Assembly (NCBI GenBank): GCA_030603215.1
Contig: JAUVYF010000001.1
Location: forward strand, 9,257-73,256
Source of the DNA: Candidatus Bipolaricaulota bacterium
GTDB taxonomy: Bacteria; Bipolaricaulota; Bipolaricaulia; UBA7950; UBA9294
Reading direction: 5' to 3'
DNA: 64,000 nucleotides
This document shows, one piece after another, positions 60,629 through 64,000 of this stretch. The position numbers were made by a program, and so were the translations under genes. The notes beneath the pieces are model-generated. The model saw nothing but the letters and a program-made list of their open reading frames with translations, was not told the DNA's origin and made no database searches. Numbering within the stretch: position 1 is the first letter of the stretch; every line of letters starts with the position of its first letter.

Positions 60629-61689
60629 AGGGTCTCGCCAAGTCATTTGGGGATGTGCGTGCGCTGCGTGAGATAAGCTTTACCCTTGGCCGAGGAGAAT
60701 TTCTTACTTTGCTTGGACCATCTGGTTGTGGGAAGACCACCACCTTGCGTCTTATCGCTGGATTTGAGCGCCCAGATGCAGGGGAGATAACCCTTGATGG
60801 CCGTAGTATCGTAAATGACCCTCCGGAAGATCGACAGCTTGGGTTCGTCTTTCAAACCTATGCTCTGTTTCCTCACATGAACGTAGCCAAGAATATTGCC
60901 TATGGAGCTCGATTAAATCGAAGTATCTCGACAAAGCGTCGTGTAGGAGAACTGCTAGATCTTGTAGATCTCAAGGGATTCGAGCGACGAAAGCCTGCCG
61001 AGCTTTCCTCTGGGCAACGACAGCGAATAGCACTGGCACGCGCACTTGCCCCACAGCCCCGCTTGCTCCTCTTGGACGAACCGCTCTCCGCACTTGATGC
61101 CAAGTTACGGGAGTCGCTACGCGCCCAAATTCGCCATATCCAGCAAGAGTTGGCCTTGTCCACTCTCTACGTTACCCACGATCAAGAAGAGGCACTATCT
61201 CTCGCCGATCGAATCGCGGTAATGCGCTCTGGAAAGATCGAGCAGATTGCGACACCACAGCAGGTATACGAGCATCCCCAAACTGAGTTTGTTGCCTCGT
61301 TTGTAGGCCGAGCAAACCGTTTCTCGGGCACGGTAACGGCGACTAAGGACGGTTTGATATCAGTAAAAGTGGGAGAATTTCTCTTTTCTCTTATCAGAGA
61401 GGAAGGCTTATCAGATGACCTTCGTGCTTCACAACTAACCCCAGGCGATCACGTTTCACTGTTTGTCAAAGAAGAGCGCTTGCAACTAACAGAAATGAGG
61501 GAAAATGCGATATCTGCTCAGGTGGCTTTGGTGGAGTACCGAGGCGAGACGTCCATTGTTTACCTGAAAACCCAGATTGGCTCGCTCCGCGCCCGCGTTA
61601 GCACTAAGCAAACCACAACACTTAGCACCGGGAGTGAGGTCAAAGTGTCTTTTTCTCCTAGCGCTGGGCTGCTTTTCCTAGCTCCTTGA
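60610..61689 (+). CDS. thiQ: Thiamine ABC transporter ATP-binding protein
   Basis: GPSGCGKT, LSSGQRQR, LLLDEP, VTHDQEEA; TOBE-like C-terminus; operon context. Confidence 0.85.
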   Translation: MSDLVVKGLAKSFGDVRALREISFTLGRGEFLTLLGPSGCGKTTTLRLIAGFERPDAGEITLDGRSIVNDPPEDRQLGFVFQTYALFPHMNVAKNIAYGARLNRSISTKRRVGELLDLVDLKGFERRKPAELSSGQRQRIALARALAPQPRLLLLDEPLSALDAKLRESLRAQIRHIQQELALSTLYVTHDQEEALSLADRIAVMRSGKIEQIATPQQVYEHPQTEFVASFVGRANRFSGTVTATKDGLISVKVGEFLFSLIREEGLSDDLRASQLTPGDHVSLFVKEERLQLTEMRENAISAQVALVEYRGETSIVYLKTQIGSLRARVSTKQTTTLSTGSEVKVSFSPSAGLLFLAP

Positions 61690-61765
61690 ATCCAGTTGGC
61701 TTAGCTGAATCTGCTACTCTATGTATATCTCTATGCGACTTGAACTCTATTACTGTTTGTCGCTG

Positions 61766-62950
61766 TCATTCTTCCGTCTTAGCAAGTTCTTGGGCATACT
61801 TCACCAGGGATTCTTTATCGAGTTCCTCCGCTAATAGAAACCAGTAAGTTTCGCCTTTCTTCCATGCTAACTCCATGATCTTTCGCTTCATTCCAGTGGG
61901 AAGTTGGTCTTCGACCAATGCGCCGCGATCGAGGAACTGTGCAGTTACCTTGCCCAGCATTAGTTTCTCTCCTTGCTCAGAGAGGAATGCTCGGCGTCGG
62001 TTCATGTTTCGCGACAGATAGTTTCCGACACACAAAGAAAGCATGGCTGGCGCGTGTTCCTTCTGTTCATTCTCCTGCCGCGGCACAAGCGTCAACAAGA
62101 CATGACCACGATCCTTCTGTTCATTGACTGTCAGCACTGCTCTATTGCTGTAGAGATCATACTTTTCATCGCCCTCCAGTGCTTCCAAGGGCAGATCAAA
62201 CGGGAGCATCTCGCCCAACTTGTCCTTTCCGACTACCTGTTCACGAAACACCCGCGTTCCTTTAGGCGGGGTAAATGAGAACCTTTGATTATCAACCTCG
62301 TTTAGTTGTGGGTTGACGTACTCTACGACGACTGGCGTACCCGGCGCTACTAGATAGGCCATAGGGGAACGCTGTGTGGGATAGCAGCTGATTTTCAGTG
62401 GAAAGGATGTTTCCGTGTCGAGTACTAACGTTGCCCTCTTTATCGGAAAGCTCTCTTCTTTCAGTAACAATGAGCGATGACTCACCTTTGGTTTTAGTCC
62501 CACACGATGTGCGTCACGGCCGGCAATAGCCTCAGCCTCTTCATATCGTAGCAGGAAATCACTGGTCAGCCCACGCAAGAAACCTATTTCTCCCAGGCTG
62601 CTTGATCCGCGAAGTGGCGAGTACAACTTTTTTCCAGGCTTGTATAGGGCTACGTTATTACCGGCATCATAGATCCACGTGCCATGTCCGTCGTATATGA
62701 GCTGCATCCCAACAAGCTCATTACCGATAAACTCCACTCCACCTGCCAGTTTCTCTTCAAATTCAGATAGTGGATCCTGATAGGTGCGATACTCTACCGT
62801 CATCTTGCCTGGCTTCTTGTACCGGATATGTGCCTCTGCGCTGATCTTTCCAGCATTGATCTTTTGTGTAACCTCGAAGCTGTCAAGCTCTTCATAGGCT
62901 GACATTGCAGCCCGAGCAAGCTCTACTGCTGATTTACTCATTTCCTTCAC
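61766..62950 (-). CDS. LolA-like fold protein
   Basis: YKKPGKMTVEY, YDGHGTWIYD and FSFTPPKGTRV resemble LolA; no evident signal peptide. Confidence 0.55.
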   Translation of the reverse strand: MKEMSKSAVELARAAMSAYEELDSFEVTQKINAGKISAEAHIRYKKPGKMTVEYRTYQDPLSEFEEKLAGGVEFIGNELVGMQLIYDGHGTWIYDAGNNVALYKPGKKLYSPLRGSSSLGEIGFLRGLTSDFLLRYEEAEAIAGRDAHRVGLKPKVSHRSLLLKEESFPIKRATLVLDTETSFPLKISCYPTQRSPMAYLVAPGTPVVVEYVNPQLNEVDNQRFSFTPPKGTRVFREQVVGKDKLGEMLPFDLPLEALEGDEKYDLYSNRAVLTVNEQKDRGHVLLTLVPRQENEQKEHAPAMLSLCVGNYLSRNMNRRRAFLSEQGEKLMLGKVTAQFLDRGALVEDQLPTGMKRKIMELAWKKGETYWFLLAEELDKESLVKYAQELAKTEE

Positions 62951-63071
62951 CTCACTACAAGGATCATCTCACTATATTCATGAAGTATACGAAAGAGAGT
63001 ACCTACGTTCACGAAGAAGTAGTCCGCGAACCGCCCCTACTTCGTCTCACTCTCACCCCTGGTCAAGGAGC

Positions 63072-63485
63072 TCAAGTAACAGATTGTTTACCTATGCCAC
63101 AGCCCGATTTATCTGCAATCCCGCGTTCGAAACGCTTAGCATCGATGATGAATCGTTCGTGTTTGGCTCTGCATATGCGTTCCACTTCATCCCACGCCTC
63201 GACATGAAATCGCAGCAGTTTGTCATCAATCTCAACCAACTTTGCCCTCACGTTTACTTGCATTCCCACTGGTGTTGCTGCCAGATGATGGAGGTCAATG
63301 TGGGTGCCAACTGTCTTCTGGCCGGTAGAAAGGAGCGGCTCAACCATAAGTCTTGCACACTCCTCGCAGAACCCGACAAGAACCGGAGTTGCCAACACTT
63401 CAACGAGACCGCTCCCCAAGGCGCTGGCTAGATGCTCAGCCTTTACCACCCATTTCATTTCTTTTCTCAACCCGACCTTCAGCAT
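63072..63485 (-). CDS. FlK-like hotdog-fold thioesterase
   Basis: GSGLVEVLATP, TVG..I.L.HLAATPVG, HERFII. Confidence 0.88.
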   Translation of the reverse strand: MLKVGLRKEMKWVVKAEHLASALGSGLVEVLATPVLVGFCEECARLMVEPLLSTGQKTVGTHIDLHHLAATPVGMQVNVRAKLVEIDDKLLRFHVEAWDEVERICRAKHERFIIDAKRFERGIADKSGCGIGKQSVT

Positions 63486-63564
63486 TAATGCTCCATACTA
63501 CTGGGGAGGGGCAACTTTTCATATGGATACTGCCCGAAAAGTAGCCTGTCCCCTTTTTTCATGG

Positions 63565-64000
63565 TTATGCTTCCTCATGTTGTCTCGTGATTTTGGGCAC
63601 GGGCAGTACCGTGTAGCGGTGGCTGGTGATGAGAAGAAGTCGCTCGATGTCGCTTCGGCGAATCGCCAGCGTACTGGTGTTCACCAATGGATGACATCGT
63701 AGAACTCTTGCCTTCCAGAGGTCCGCATCCAGAATCACCTCGACGGCGCTTTCGATGTCATTAACGATGGCCAACAGGCTGACCGCGCCAGGCTCAATGC
63801 CGAGATACTTCTTGAGACGCTCTGATGACGCGAAGCTAAGATTCGAGACCCCAAGTGCACGAGAGAGAGATTTCAGATCAACTAACGTATCGTATCTCAC
63901 CACTACAAGGAAATGGCGACGCCCTTTTTTGTCTCTAACAAGCAAGTTCTTGGTGTCGGTGCCAGGCATTGGAGGAACAAGCTGTTCGGCCTCTTCACAA
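63565..64000 (-). CDS. YbaK/ProX aminoacyl-tRNA editing protein; 5' end runs off the window
   Basis: TKNLLVRDKKG, LSFAS, LGIEPGAVS, HPLVNTST. Confidence 0.88.
   Translation of the reverse strand, partial: CEEAEQLVPPMPGTDTKNLLVRDKKGRRHFLVVVRYDTLVDLKSLSRALGVSNLSFASSERLKKYLGIEPGAVSLLAIVNDIESAVEVILDADLWKARVLRCHPLVNTSTLAIRRSDIERLLLITSHRYTVLPVPKITRQHEEA

Overview
Bacterial genome fragment, probably from an anaerobic, peptide- and amino-acid-fermenting lineage; Bipolaricaulota/Acetothermia-like is only a guess from gene content and rRNA layout. In order: (1) a DtxR/MntR regulator with metal-uptake genes; (2) an accessory tract anchored at tRNA-Asn, with a broken mscS, an XRE regulator, a sugar ABC transporter and an intact but apparently catalytically dead IS481-type transposase, bracketed by a 108-bp direct repeat; (3) an ~11-kb catabolic cluster (three hydantoin-racemase paralogs, AroM, Dpp ABC, DUF917, nitroreductase, peptidases); (4) a 23S-5S rRNA unit with no 16S gene and two heptamer-periodic helix insertions; (5) housekeeping genes (rsfS, LCP, mtaB, phoH, rpmF, dtd, tRNA-CAT), including an FtsZ with an N-terminal DnaA-domain-I-like extension and a pseudo-RNase H; (6) a four-gene bacteriocin-like locus (signal-peptide precursor, small membrane protein, stand-alone C39 peptidase, putative beta-barrel); (7) proline racemase with dehydrogenase genes; (8) an ~15-kb archaeal-style purine cluster (two purP, purN-purC fusion, two purE, HTH-PRT regulator) bordered by an IS1634 remnant; (9) an M42 peptidase and a TPP-riboswitch thiL-thiBPQ operon. 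All calls come from motifs recognised by eye; no database searches were run.
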